Numbered from the stretch's first letter, positions 14,316 to 27,089 are shown. The stretch: DNA of 64,000 nucleotides from Eledone cirrhosa (GCA_964016885.1 OZ024741.1:334738001-334802000), one strand, 5' to 3'. The notes: generated from the letters alone by a model not told the origin. A program made the numbers and translations.

Positions 14316-14478
14316 AATGGAGGAAATGTGGTAAGGAACCAGGTGGACCATAACGCACCAAAGTACTCAATACTTAGGGTAGTAGAGTGGGTAATGAGTG
14401 GGTAATGAGTGGGTAATGAGTCCAGAATTAGCCGTCGAAATGGCTTGAGCTCAGCCGTCGGGGTCCTACTCGTTCCTA
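14316..14478. mobile_element. Short (TA)n-inserted element with 3' half of a hammerhead; family also at 19890-20100 and 62513-62706
   Basis: GAAA-tggct-tgagctc-agccg-TC at 14437-14459, preceded by an inverted copy of the family's downstream sequence containing 3 x gagtgggtaat. Confidence 0.7.
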
Positions 14479-14480
14479 TA

Positions 14481-14511
<31 letters not shown>

Positions 14512-14526
14512 GTGTGTGTGTGTGTA

Positions 14527-14750
14527 TATCATCATCATCATCATCATTTCATTTTACGTCCACTTTTTCCCTGCTTGCAAGGGTGGGACGGGAACTGATT
14601 CTGGCTTGATTTCTACAGCTGAGTAAACTGGAGCAATGTGAAATAAAGTGTCTTGCTCAAGGAAACAACACATCACCCGGTCTGGAAATTGAACTCACAA
14701 CCTTTCGATTGTAAGACCAATGCTCTAACCACTAAGCCATGTGCCTCCAT
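14527..14750 (-). mobile_element. tRNA/CORE-type SINE (family A) with RTE-like tail, internally deleted
   Basis: Head ggaggcacatggcttagtggttagag (A box), gagttcaattt (B box) and ccttgagcaagacacttt CORE-like block; the longer copy is at 37072-37367. Confidence 0.8.
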
Positions 14751-14764
14751 CAATATATATATAT

Positions 14765-15135
14765 AAAAAGGAGATCAATATCCCCCACAGGTACTAAGTA
14801 CCTCTGGAAATATACAGGGTGTCTATGGTTCAGTGGTTGTTCTTTGGTATTACTTTGACATACCAGAACTATAACATTGAGATAAGCGGAGCAAGTAAGA
14901 TCCTGTACTAGCTGGCAGATGGCAATATATTTTGCCGTTCCTGGGACTTTTAGTCCTAGGTAGGGAAAATGCTCTCTGATGATCCGAACATTTCCATTGA
15001 AAGTCCCTAGGATTTCCAATCTTTTGTGAGGTGAAACCGTCGGTAAAAGCAAAAGGAATAGGTGAATATTTAAATTATATTTTTTAATTTATTTAAAAAA
15101 ATTGTTTGAATCCTGCTTGCTCTGCTTATCTCATT
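14765..15135 (+). mobile_element. (TA)n-inserted element with inverted 3' end and hammerhead-like motif
   Basis: 14878-14901 is an imperfect inverted copy of 15110-15133; CTGATGA at 14976-14982 and GAAACCGTCGGTA at 15033-15045. Confidence 0.6.
14970..15051 (+). ncRNA. Type I hammerhead ribozyme candidate (degenerate)
   Basis: UGCUCU CUGAUGA U CC...GG U GAAA CCGUCGGU A AAAGCA; helix I pairs at 5 of 6 positions. Confidence 0.5.
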
Positions 15136-15935
15136 ATTATATATATATAAAAGACATGACAACCTCTCGTGTGCACTTGTTAGTATGTGAGACCATACAT
15201 ATGCAAGATGCAGATCCTAGCCTGTCTTGGAGGTCAGTAACCCCATTCCAATAGTGACTTGGTTTATTTAGACATGTCCAATCCTTGCTAGCAGGGAAAG
15301 CAAATGTTAAAACAACAATGATATATGCTTCTATGTGTGTGTGTACGTACTCACAAAGGCACATATAAACATGAAATATATATATATAGAGAGAGAGAGA
15401 GATAGAGAGAAATCTGTTATGTGTAAGCATGCACTGAAATAACACATGGTCTTCCTAAGTATAAGTACTTCAACCCCTCTTTCTCTTTATCTATCTGTCT
15501 TTCTTTCCCTCCCTCTCTCACTATCTTCCCGCTCCCCCTCCCTCTCTCTCTGTTTTTCCCCCTCTCTCTCTCTCTCTTTCCCTCTCTCTCACTCTCTCCC
15601 CCTCTCACTATATTTCCTGCTCCCCCTCCCTCCCTCTCTCTTTCCCTCTCTCTCACTCTTCTTTCTTTCACTCTCTCCTCCTCTCACTCTCTTCACTTCT
15701 CACTTTCTCCTTCTTTCACTGTGTCTTTCTCTCTCTCTCTGTCTCTATCTCCTTACCTCACTCCCCACCAATATGTCTCTTAGTATACAAAATAGATATC
15801 TTCTGTGACTTTACATTGACAGAAGACTGACTTCTGCTTTTAATGGAGACAGTTCCTCTTATTCGACACTCACCTCACTTGCCACATATGACAGGCAGGA
15901 ATTTGGCCAATATTTTCAAAGAATCTATGATAACG

Positions 15936-16612
15936 TATCATCATCATCACCGACATCACTATCATGACCATCACCATGACCACCACCACCACCACCACCA
16001 CCACAACCACCACTACCACCACCACCATTACCACCACCATCATCATCATCATCATCATCATCACCACCATGATCACCATCATCATCACAACCATCATCCT
16101 GACCATCAGCATCACCCTCCTCTCCACCATCATTATCACAGCCATCACTATCATCATGACCATCTCCATCATCATCATCATGACCATCTCCATCATCATC
16201 ATCATCACCACCCTGACCACCATTGCCATCACAATCATCATTGTGGCTATCAGCATCATGACCCTCCTCTTCTCCTCCACCACCATCATCACCCTCCTCT
16301 CCACCACCATCATCGTCCTCTCCACCGCCATCATATTCCTCTCCACCACCATCATCATTCTCTCCACCACCACCACCACCACCACTACCATAACTCCCAT
16401 CGTCATTACAACCATCATCATAACACTCAGCATCATCATCCGCCTCTCTGTCACCACCACCACTACCAGCATCATCATCTCCACCATGACCCCATCGTCA
16501 TCGCAACCTTCATCCTGACCATCAGCATCATCACCCTCCTCTCTGTCACCACCATCATAACCATCATCATCACAACCATCATTATCATCAAAACCAATAT
16601 CAACATCATCAG
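15936..16612. repeat. (CAT/CAC)n low-complexity tract
   Basis: Poly-His ORF artefact. Confidence 0.9.
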
Positions 16613-16614
16613 CC

Positions 16615-17230
16615 ATAATGCTCGGTTTGTTTGTAAACTGTACGGCTAATAATTCGGGCTGTTTGTTTACAAACAAACCAAGCATTATAATAAATGTTTG
16701 GTAAACCCATACGTACATATATATATGTGTGCATGTATGTATATATATACATACTACTGTACGTCTGGACACATATGTTTATGTACATATACATACTTAT
16801 ATTTAAGTTTCAGCCGTGCTAAGAGTGAGAAATGAAATTTCATTTTTTGCATTTATCGTTTTCGGTATGCCCGGCCGACTAATTCACTTGATATCCAAAT
16901 TAGGCTGATCAGCCGTTAATTTGCATAAGGAAAGTATATACTTTCAAACGTTCAATCAACTGACAGGAAGGTATACGGTGCTGATGACAGCTAATAAGCT
17001 AGAAACTAGTTCATCATTCCTTTGTCAGTGTTGAACAAAATCGCAACGATAGTTGCCAAACACTGTAGGCTAATAATTCGGACTGTTTGTTTACAAACAA
17101 ACTGAGCATTATAATAAATGTTTGGTAAACCCATACGTACATATATATATGTGTGCATGTATGTATGTATATACATATTACTGTACGTCTGTATACATAT
17201 ATGTATGTACGTATACATACTTATATTTAT
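16615..17230 (+). mobile_element. Retrozyme-like element, 424-bp monomer in ~1.4 tandem copies with short 5' inversion
   Basis: ggctaataattcgg recurs at 16644 and 17068; 16615-16638 is inverted; ends in (TA)n; related copies at 35380-36390, ~63600-63700 and ~19380-19450. Confidence 0.8.
16975..17017 (+). ncRNA. Minimal type I hammerhead ribozyme
   Basis: ACGGUG CUGAUGA C AGCU AAUA AGCU A GAAA CUAG UU CAUCAU; helix I extends via ctgaca..aagg / cctt.tgtcag. Confidence 0.7.
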
Positions 17231-17244
17231 ATATATATATATAT

Positions 17245-17575
17245 ATTAATAGTAATAATAATAAATTTGAAGACTAAAATCCAAAGAGGGCTCGATAAGG
17301 ATAAATATATATCAAATATATAAGAACCGTAGAGCAAATATTTATTAAAATAACAGATTAAAGTTTAAGCAAAGAATCGCTGCTTTCACCCTTAACAGGA
17401 TCTTCTCCACGAACCAAAGTATCGTCTTCCTGTCTGCCTTCGGTTGCAACGTTTTCCAAAATCTTTACTTTTGTGTTCACAAATTGATTTTTTTAGTTTC
17501 AGAAGACCCCGTTAAGGGTGAAAGCAGCGATTCTTTGCTTAAACTTTAATCTGTTATTTTAATAAATATATATAT
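17245..17575 (+). mobile_element. (TA)n-inserted fold-back element with variant hammerhead motif (17495-17545)
   Basis: 17336-17406 is an inverted copy of 17501-17570; AGUUU CAGAAGA C CCC GUUAA GGG U GAAAGCA...UGCU U AAACU. Confidence 0.65.
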
Positions 17576-17890
17576 ATATATATGTTTTACTGTGAGAGTG
17601 TATGTGCTGTATGTGTGTGTGTGTGTGTGGGTGTATGTGAGGGTGTATGTGCAGTTGTATGTCTAATCTATGGAGGCACTTCAAGTGAGTGGTAGCTACT
17701 ATGGTTGTAGTGGATATTAAATATTTTGATGATATATTTATGTATGTTTAATTTACCTACACACACATATATGTATATGAACGTATACATAAAAGAATAT
17801 GCATATATATAAATATATAAATATGCGCACGTACACACATCTATATATATATATACCCACACATATATACATATATATACACATAATATA

Positions 17891-19309
17891 CTCCTATTTA
17901 TTATCGCCCTCCAAGCTATAACGGAGGAGTTCAAGACTGGCTGCCCATGGGAACTTCTATACGCAGATGATCTAACGCTCATAGCCGAATCAATGGCTGA
18001 ACTAGAGAAGAAATTCCAAACATGGAAGCATGGCCTAGAATCAAAAGGTCTTAAAGTTAACTTGTCTAAGACTAAAGTCCTAATATGTAGAAAGGAGAAT
18101 AGGATACTGGTCCTATCTGGGAAATGGCCATGCTCAGTGTGTAGGAAAGGAGTAGGCAGAAACTCCATTTTATGTCCCAAATGCAAAGTATGGGTGCATA
18201 AAAGATGTAGTGGTATCACAGGTAAGCTAACTAAGAATATAGATTTTATATGTGGCCGATGCTCTGGTGCAATAAGTAGCAGCAAATGCCCACAGAATAC
18301 TAGCTCATTCCATTGCACAGATGGTTCTATAGAAATAGTGGACACCTTCCGTTACCTGGATGACATAATCAGCAGTGGTGGAGGGTGCTCCGAAAGTACT
18401 GTAGCTAGAGTCCGAAAAGGGTAGAAAAAGTTCAGAGAGCTTATACCACTATTGGCTGCTAAAGGTTTCTCTCTAAAAATAAAAGGCAGGCTGTATGATG
18501 CCTGCCTATGAACAGTGATGTTACATGGCAGTGAGACATGGGCCTTGTGTGCAGAGGATCTACGCAGACTGGAGAGGAACGAAGCTTGCATGCTCCGTTG
18601 GATGGGTAATAGTAATATATGCGAACGGCAAAGCATAAATGAACTAAGTGAGAAATTAGGAATAAGAGGGATCAGATGCTGTTTACTTGAGAGAAGACTA
18701 CGTTGGTATGGTCACGTGATGCGCATGAAAGATGACAGCTGTATAAAAAAAGTGCAGGGCAATCAAAATAGACGGTAGCTACGGAGTAGGCAGACCCAGA
18801 AAAACCTGGGATGACTTGATAAAATCCGACCTCACACACTTACACCTCTCCAAGACAATGTCACTGGACCGAGATCTTTGGCGCTACGCAGTAATACAGA
18901 AAACCGATTGCCTAAGTACAAAGCGAAACCTACAGTCAGTAGGCACCTCTTAACCAAAATACACCCCCGTCCCACTACCCCTACCCCCACCGCCATCTAC
19001 ACCACCCCTTTGGATGTAAAGCTATGTTGGTACTAACAACATCCAGTCCTAAATAAATGAGGTCGTATAGGTGTCACGACAAAAAAATACACAGTCCACG
19101 TTGTAATGTGGCCGTGTAGGTAACACGGTAAAAACCTCCCAGTCCACACTGTAAACGTGGTTGGTGTTAGGAAGGGCCTCCACCCGTAGAGAACCTGCCA
19201 GACAGTCCTATACGAGCAAGACAACAAATCTTGCCTCAAGTGGGACAATTCCCGTCCAGACCCATGCTAGCGGGGAAGATGGACATTAAACGATGATGAT
19301 GATGATGAT
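17891..19309 (+). pseudogene. 5'-truncated, stop-interrupted RTE LINE (RT C-half with PHD-like insert, 3' UTR, (GAT)n tail)
   Basis: Homologous to 31165-32500: ELLYADDL, GLKVNLSKTK, CSVC..CPKC..H..C..CGRC, LHGSETW, RRLRWYGHVMR; in-frame stops at ~18422 and ~18510. Confidence 0.92.
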
Positions 19310-19500
19310 ACACACACATATATACATATATATACACACAGATATATACATATACATACACACATCTATATACATATACATATGTACGTATGGGTTATAT
19401 CAAACATTAATAATAATGTTTGATTCGTTTGTAAACAAACGGGCCGATTTGAAGCTGTATATGTGTGTGTATGTATATATATATATGTGTGTATATGTAT

Positions 19501-19790
19501 CAGGGGCAAAGGGTGCGTGCATGCAGGGCATGCAGTGCATGCGTTATAGAATCTTGAGTTGATCAATTGCGTTGGTCGAAGCAAGCAGAATTTTGGCTGC
19601 TTAATAAAATGTATAAACACATAAAAAGATAACACACACACACACACACACTAGATAACACTACATGCGGCTTTGACCGGGAGGGTCATTTAGAGGGAAT
19701 AGGGGGGGGGGGGGTAAGGCTGCACAGCCCCACTTTCCGCCATGGTGAGTGGGCTGCATGCCCTGCTTTCCAGGTTACCCTTTGTCACTG
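19501..19790. mobile_element. MITE with CAG...CTG termini (hAT-like)
   Basis: caggggcaaagggt / accctttgtcactg inverted ends plus subterminal gcagggcatgcag / ctgcatgccctgc; TSD not clear. Confidence 0.6.
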
Positions 19791-19970
19791 GTGTGTTTAA
19801 GTATATGTGTGTACATGTGCATACTTACATTTATGTATCAGCTGTGCTAGGGTGAGAAATAAAATTCCAATTATATATATATAAGAGAAAGCATAACCCA
19901 CTCTACTACCCTAAGTATTGAGTACTCTGGTGCATTATGGTCCATCTGGTTCCTTACCACAACTCCTCCG

Positions 19971-20012
<42 letters not shown>

Positions 20013-20095
20013 CGAAGGAATTGTGGTAAGGAACCAGATGGACCATAACTAGAAATAGCCGTCGAAACGGCTTGAGCTCTGCCGTCGGGGTCATA

Positions 20096-20169
<74 letters not shown>

Positions 20170-20344
20170 CACACACAAACTCAAGCATAATATATCCTAA
20201 TCATTTTACACACACACATATGTGTGTGTGTCTATGTATAAACATACTCACATACAGTACACAAACACACATATATACTTCATTATTTGAAGTTTGAGAG
20301 AAAAGATGAAGGAATTTGTTTTCTGGTTCAATATACATATATAC

Positions 20345-21985
20345 TATGGTGGTGATGGTGGTGGCGGTGCCAATGGTGGTGGTGGTGGTGATGGTGGTGG
20401 CAATGGTGGTGGTGGTGGTGATGGTGGCAGTATTGGCAGTGGTAGTTGTTGTGGTGGTGGTGTGAGAGGCGTCTTAATATCATGTCTCTCTGCCAGAGCA
20501 GAACATCAATCACATGTAAATATATTTAGTAAAGAGAAGTATTGGCACCAGGGGCATTAGTGGTGATCATTAGTTTCACAGAGTCTTCATTTGTTTGCAA
20601 CCTATTGCGCCCTCACTGTCAAAGATTATACCATCAACCTTCTCATAGACTTACCAATTTCATTGAAAGGTTGGGCAGTGGGTGTGTTGGTGGTGGTGGC
20701 AGAGGTTGTGTTGGTTGTAGTGATGGTAATAGTTGTGTTGGTGGTGGTGATGGTGGTGGTGGTGTTGATGGTGTTGGTTGTGGTGGTGGTGGCAGTGGTT
20801 GTGTCGGTGGTAGTGGTTGTGTTGGTGGTGGTGATGGTGGTGGTGGTGTTGATGGTGTTGGTTGTGGTGGTGGTGGTGGCAGAGGTTGTGTTGGTGGTAG
20901 TGATGGTAGTGATGGTAGTGGTTGTGTTGGTGGTGGTGATGGTGGTGGTGGTGTTGATGGTGTTGGTTGTGGTGGTGGTGGTGGCAGTGGTTGTGTTGGT
21001 GGTAGTGATGGTAGTGGTTGTGTTGGTGGTGGTGATGGTGGTGGTGGTGTTGATGGTGTTGGTTGTGGTGGTGGCAGTGGTTGTGTCGGTGGTAGTGATG
21101 GTAGTGGTTGTGTTGGTGGTGGTGATGGTGGTGGTGGTGTTGATGGTGTTGGTTGTGGTGGTGGTGGCAGTGGTTGTGTCGGTGGTAGTGATGGTAGTGG
21201 TTGTGTTGGTGGTGGCGATGGTGGCAGTGGTTGTGTTGGTGGTGGTGATTGTTGTGGTGGCAGTGGTTGTGTTGGTGGTGATGGCAGTGGTTGTGTTGGT
21301 GGCAGTGGTGATGGTGGTAGTGGCAGTGGTTGTGTTGGTGGTGGTGGTAGTGATGGTAATGGTAGTAGTGGTGCTAGTGGCAGTGGTGGTGTTGGTGGTG
21401 GTGATAGTGGTGGTGGTGGCAGTGGTGGTGGCAGTGGTGGTGCTGATGGTGGTGGTGATGGTGGTGGTGGTGGTGGCAGTGGTTGTGTTGGTGGTGGTGC
21501 TGATGGTGGTAGTGATGGTGATGGTAGTGGTGGTGGTAGTGGCGGTGTTGGTGGGGGTGATGGTGGTGTTGGTGGTAGTGGTGGTGTTGGTGTTGGTGGC
21601 AGCAGTGGTTGTGGTGTTGTTGGTAGTGGTGAGGGTGGTAGTGATGGTAATGGTGGTGTTGGTTGTGGTGATGGTGGTAATGGTAGTGGGTGTGGCAGTG
21701 GTGTTGGTGGTAGTGATGGTAGTGGTGGCGTTGTTGTTGGTAGTGGCGATGGTGGTGGTGATGGTGATGGTGGTGTTGGTGGTAGTGATGTTAGTAGAGG
21801 TGTTGTTGTTGGTAGTGGTGATGGTGGTGATGGTGGTAGTGGTGATGGTGGTAGTGGTGGTGGTGGTGGTGGTGGTAGTGGTAGTGATGGTTGAGGTGTT
21901 TTTGGTGACGATGGTGATGGTGATAATGGTAGTGGTGGTGGTGGTGGTGTTGTTGTTGGAAGCAGTGTTGGTGCTGTTGGATATT
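20345..21985. repeat. (GGT)n-derived low-complexity tract with ~90-bp internal repeats
   Basis: Gly-rich and Val-rich ORFs in different frames over the same DNA. Confidence 0.85.
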
Positions 21986-22343
21986 CTTATTTTTGTGATA
22001 TTTTTGCATTTTTGTTGTTGTTGATTATCATCATCATCATCATCATCATCATCGTCGTCGCCGTCGTCATTGTTGTTGTTGTAATTCTTTGTTTTGGTTG
22101 GTTTCAGTTTTCATCATATTACTTGTTTTTTTTTTGTTGCTTTCCGTGTTTTGTTTCAGACTCACAGACACTTGGCATATCATATCTCATAACATCTTAC
22201 TTATTATTTATTCATCTTCTCCCACCTACCTCCTCTATCTATCTATCTATCTATCTATCCATCTCTCCTTCAACTGCCTCTCTTATCTATCTATCTCTCT
22301 ATCTATTTATCTATCTATCTATATGTCTATCTATATCTTTTTG

Positions 22344-22381
<38 letters not shown>

Positions 22382-22442
22382 ATAATTATATATCTATATA
22401 TATATATATATATTATAATTATATATATATATATATATATGT

Positions 22443-22524
<82 letters not shown>

Positions 22525-22588
22525 TTATATATATATTTATATATATATTTATATATATATTTATATATATATATCTATATATATTATA

Positions 22589-22624
<36 letters not shown>

Positions 22625-22750
22625 GGGCAAAAAGATATAGATAGATAGGTAGATAGATAGGTAGATAGATAGATAGATAGATAAATAGATAGAAAGATAG
22701 ATAGATATATCTATATATATTTATATATATATTTATATATATATATATAT

Positions 22751-22812
<62 letters not shown>

Positions 22813-23277
22813 GCAAAAAGATATAGATAGATAGGTAGATAGATAGGTAGATAGATAGATAGATAGATAGATAAATAGATAGAGAGATAGATAGATATAT
22901 CTATATATATTTATATATATTTATATATATATATATATGTGTGTATGTGTGTATATATATATACAGAAAGAGATCATTTTCTTTTTTTTCCTTTTCATTT
23001 TTGAATTATTAATTCATTTTTTATATATTTGTTTTTGTTCTGGTTCTTCTGGCGTTTCATCTTTCAGGGTGGGGCTGGCTAGGTGGTTGGGTGGGTGGGT
23101 GGGTGGAATTTTCTAATGTAATAGATATATATTAAAATGTATTAAAACTTTATGTGCATCACTGCACACCTATCATACATGCATGTCTACAAAGAATATA
23201 CTGTCTCTCTTTTCTCTCTCTCCTGCATGTGTATATACATACATATACACACACACACACTCACACATTTAAATATG

Positions 23278-23341
<64 letters not shown>

Positions 23342-23721
23342 GATATATATGTTTGTATGCATATATGTACATATACAGCATTATATGCATGTGTGTATAT
23401 ATATACACACAACAAATTATATATATATATATATATCTGCGTATAAATATATACGCACACACACATATACATAGAATTATATATATATATATAAACAATA
23501 CACACACATATGCATTCAAACATGCATACACACATATCATTGGAAAAGGAAGAGATGTGAAAGTGTTCCTCAATATAAATTTATCCATGTATATGTGATG
23601 GGGGAGAGAGTGGAGAGAAAGCTTGTTTGTTTGTGTTCATATATTAATGCTTATTTTACTCAATCAGTCTCAATGTGTATATAAATAGAGATCTTAGAAG
23701 AAAGAATACAAAGTTATTAAC

Positions 23722-23790
23722 TGGTGCCATTAGGGATTTGAACCTACAACCTCTTGCATTCAGCTGAACGCTCTGCTAGTTTGCAACTTC
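23722..23790 (-). other. tRNA-like fragment (SINE head or tRNA pseudogene)
   Basis: Minus strand ...taggttcaaatccctaatggcacca shows a T-arm-like GTTCAAATC and a terminal CCA; the 5' half is degenerate. Confidence 0.35.
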
Positions 23791-23843
23791 AGTGTATATA
23801 TCCTCCCTAACTTAAATGAAAACTGGTTGTATGTGTGTGTGTG

Positions 23844-23912
<69 letters not shown>

Positions 23913-24024
23913 ATGTTTGTGTGTTTATCATTTTACGTACACTTTCCCTGCTTGCTTTGGTTGGAGATATATAATTATATATATACGCATACACACACAC
24001 TCACACACACACACATATATATAT

Positions 24025-24466
24025 GGGCACATGGCTTAGTGGTTAGAGCATTGGGCTTGCAATCAAAAAGGTTGTGAGTTCAATTCTCGGACCGGGTGAT
24101 GTGTTGTTTCCTTGAGCAAGACACTTTATTTCACATTGCTTCAGTTTTCTCAGCTGTAGAAATGAGATGATAAGACTGGGGTCGCCATCATTTCACTGCA
24201 AAGCAGTCGTGGAGGTGCCACAGCAAAAAAGCAGCCAGCATTCACTGTAAAGTGGACGTGTAGGCGCCACGGAAAAAAAGCACCCAGCACTCACTGTAAA
24301 TGAGGTTGGTGTTAGGAAGGGCATCCAGCTGTAGAAATCAAGTCAGAACCAGTTCCCATATGAGCAAGACAAGGTCAGCCGACTGGACACTGCTCACAAC
24401 AGGACAACCCGTCTAACCCATGCTAGCGTGAAAGAACGGATGTAAAATGATGATGATGATGATGAT
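24025..24466 (+). mobile_element. Full-length tRNA/CORE-type SINE (family A) with RTE-shared 3' half
   Basis: A box tggcttagtgg, B box gagttcaattc, CORE-like block, 48-bp module(s), aggaagggcatccagctgtagaaa, tail ccatgctagcgtgaaagaacggatgtaaaa(tga)n. Confidence 0.88.
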
Positions 24467-26773
24467 ATATATATATATAAATAGATAGATGTAGATAGAT
24501 ATAAATAGAATAGATATAGATATTATGTATATGAATAAGTTGAATTGGCAGATTCTTTAAGGTGCTGAATTAAAAATATCTTGATATTTGTCCCAGCTCC
24601 GTGTGCTCAGAGCGAGTTCAAATAAAGTACCAGCCTAATACTGGGGTTGGTATGCATCTTTCCCTCTCTAGCTCTCTCACAATCTCTAAGATGCTGGCTG
24701 TGTTCTGGCCTGGAAATGGATAGTCACTGCCAGGTTTAAAATGTCAAAGCCATGCCATTTGTCAAGAAGAAGCTACTATGTCTTCATGAGGGGTTAAGGA
24801 CTTGTTACTTCTTTCATTGTTTATTGACTACAACTTGCTCTTGCATTTCACACATTAACAGATTTGCTACATATTCCATGCCATCATCAGTTGCTGCAAC
24901 TTTGTGCTTTATACAGCTTTGGTCTGTTGGTTTGGAAGGACATCTTCAATTCATAATCTCATGGGTTGATTCTTAGATGATGAATTGGCTGCTAGTTTCA
25001 GGAAATGTTTTCAAAATCTGCTGTCAGCCTCCTGCTATCTTGTTGGTTAACTGTAGAGGGACAGTTTGGCTGCTATGTTTAGCAGCGAAAGCAAATGCAT
25101 AGAGCCTCCACTCCTCTTTTCCTTGTTGGCAGAAAATGTTTCTTAAAACTGCTGCCATCTTGCTATCTTGTTGGTCAACTGTAGAGAAACATTTTAGCTG
25201 GGAATGCCGATGCATGGAGCTTCTACTCATCCCCTCCTTGTTGGCTTATGCACTATAGGGGTTTATTATGCTGCAGTTGCTTGGTGGTAAATGGTTCCAA
25301 CCCTGAAATTCCTACTTTTAACTGTCTGGATTGGACAATATATCCCTTTTGATACCCAACCACCTGAAACCACCCCAGGTTTATGGTACAAATTTGTTTG
25401 TTTTAAAATGTTTATATATGTCTGAAATCTTTCCATCATAATTTTATGTTAGATCCTAAACTAACTTATGCTCCAAACACCAGCTTAATAATGGTTTTTG
25501 ATTTAGGCACAAGGTGAACAATTTTGAGGGAGGGGAAGTTGATTAAATTGACGCCAGTGTGTTACTGGTATTTTATTTTATCAATCCCATAAAGATGAAA
25601 GGCAAATGTAACCTAGGTGGGATTTGAACTCAGAATGTAAAAGGACATAAATATATGCTGCAAAGCATGTCTGACACTCTACGTATAATGCCAATCACAC
25701 AATATCAATAATGAGAAAATTAGTAATATAACTAATACTCTTCAAATTCTTGATTATCTTCAAAATTATTTGAAACTAAAAATATGTAAGTAGTGATATA
25801 TAATCATTACATATATGGTAATGAAAAGTGTCAGAGTTAATTATCTCAGTTATAGATAGAAAGTTATTAAACTGTTAATATCTCAGCTGGTTTGACAAGT
25901 ACTCTATCATTCCAACCATCCAGTCTTTCCTGCCCAGACTAAGTAACAAAATATAACAAACTGACAAGAGTCCATGAGCTCAAAGCTAATCCTCAGTTTC
26001 TTTAGTATCTAATGTGAGACAAATCTTCCCCCTGTCAAGGTAACTAATCTATAAGCATATAACTTCCTCTCTCCCAATGAAAACCTGTTGAATTCTAATT
26101 CTATTCAGTGTAGGATTTGATGTGTTTCACAGATAGAGTAAAATGATTGCCAAGAGATATGAAGATAGGAACCATCTGACATTAGTCACGTAAATGTATA
26201 TTCTGTCAAACATTATGTCTCTTAATCAAATTCTCCTCTCCCATCCTTGTTTCATTTCAACACTAATATTAGAGTGGATTCTGTTTAAATATTTTCAAGA
26301 CAATCCCATTTGGTCTTAGCTAATGAGGCATTCCTTGCTTTATGCTTACAGAGTAACTATCTATCTGCAAATGTAAAGACAATCTGTAAGAATGAAAGAA
26401 AATTGGTGAGAATCTATTATCATGTCAAGTTAAAAGCTTGAGAAGATAGCAGTGTTGGTACCGCTCTCCCATTCTATCATTATCGGAACATTATGAATTT
26501 CACAGAAAGAAACCCAGCTAGGCACACACTACACAAATATATATCAGCGCACACTACACAAATATATAACACACACTACACAAATATATATCAGTACACA
26601 CACACAATTACAGGTCTGAAAATATACAATGCCTACACATATGTTAATACATAACTGTACACATATACAGTGTATATGTGTATATATCTGTTCCCATATA
26701 CAGTATATAAATACATATCTGCACTTATTGAGTATATATATATAGATATATATATAATGTGTGTGTGTATACA

Positions 26774-26831
<58 letters not shown>

Positions 26832-27089
26832 TTGTTATACTTTGGGAGGGTCATGCTGCCAATAAAAACACATGGTTTTCACTTCAGTTTAATATACATT
26901 TCTGGTTGGTTGGTTCAATAAAAGGATGGTTGTTTATATATTGTCAAAGCTCTTTCGTCACACATTTTGTGACCTCCTCAGTGATTGATTTCTTATTTTG
27001 TGTCTCTCCTTTGTTCTATCCTACACCATCTTGTTTTTGTGTGCTGAGTGCACACAACACACAATCCCCATATACTTTGCTCTCCAAAG

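Noticed and set aside
20542-22024. 450-aa Gly-rich and 477-aa Val-rich ORFs resembling structural proteins
   Set aside because: These are translations of a (GGT)n tract, with multiple frames open and no unique coding context.
22560-22930. ~185-bp tandem duplication of a TA/GA/GATA composite
   Set aside because: The content is entirely microsatellite, so it is a routine duplication or an assembly artefact.
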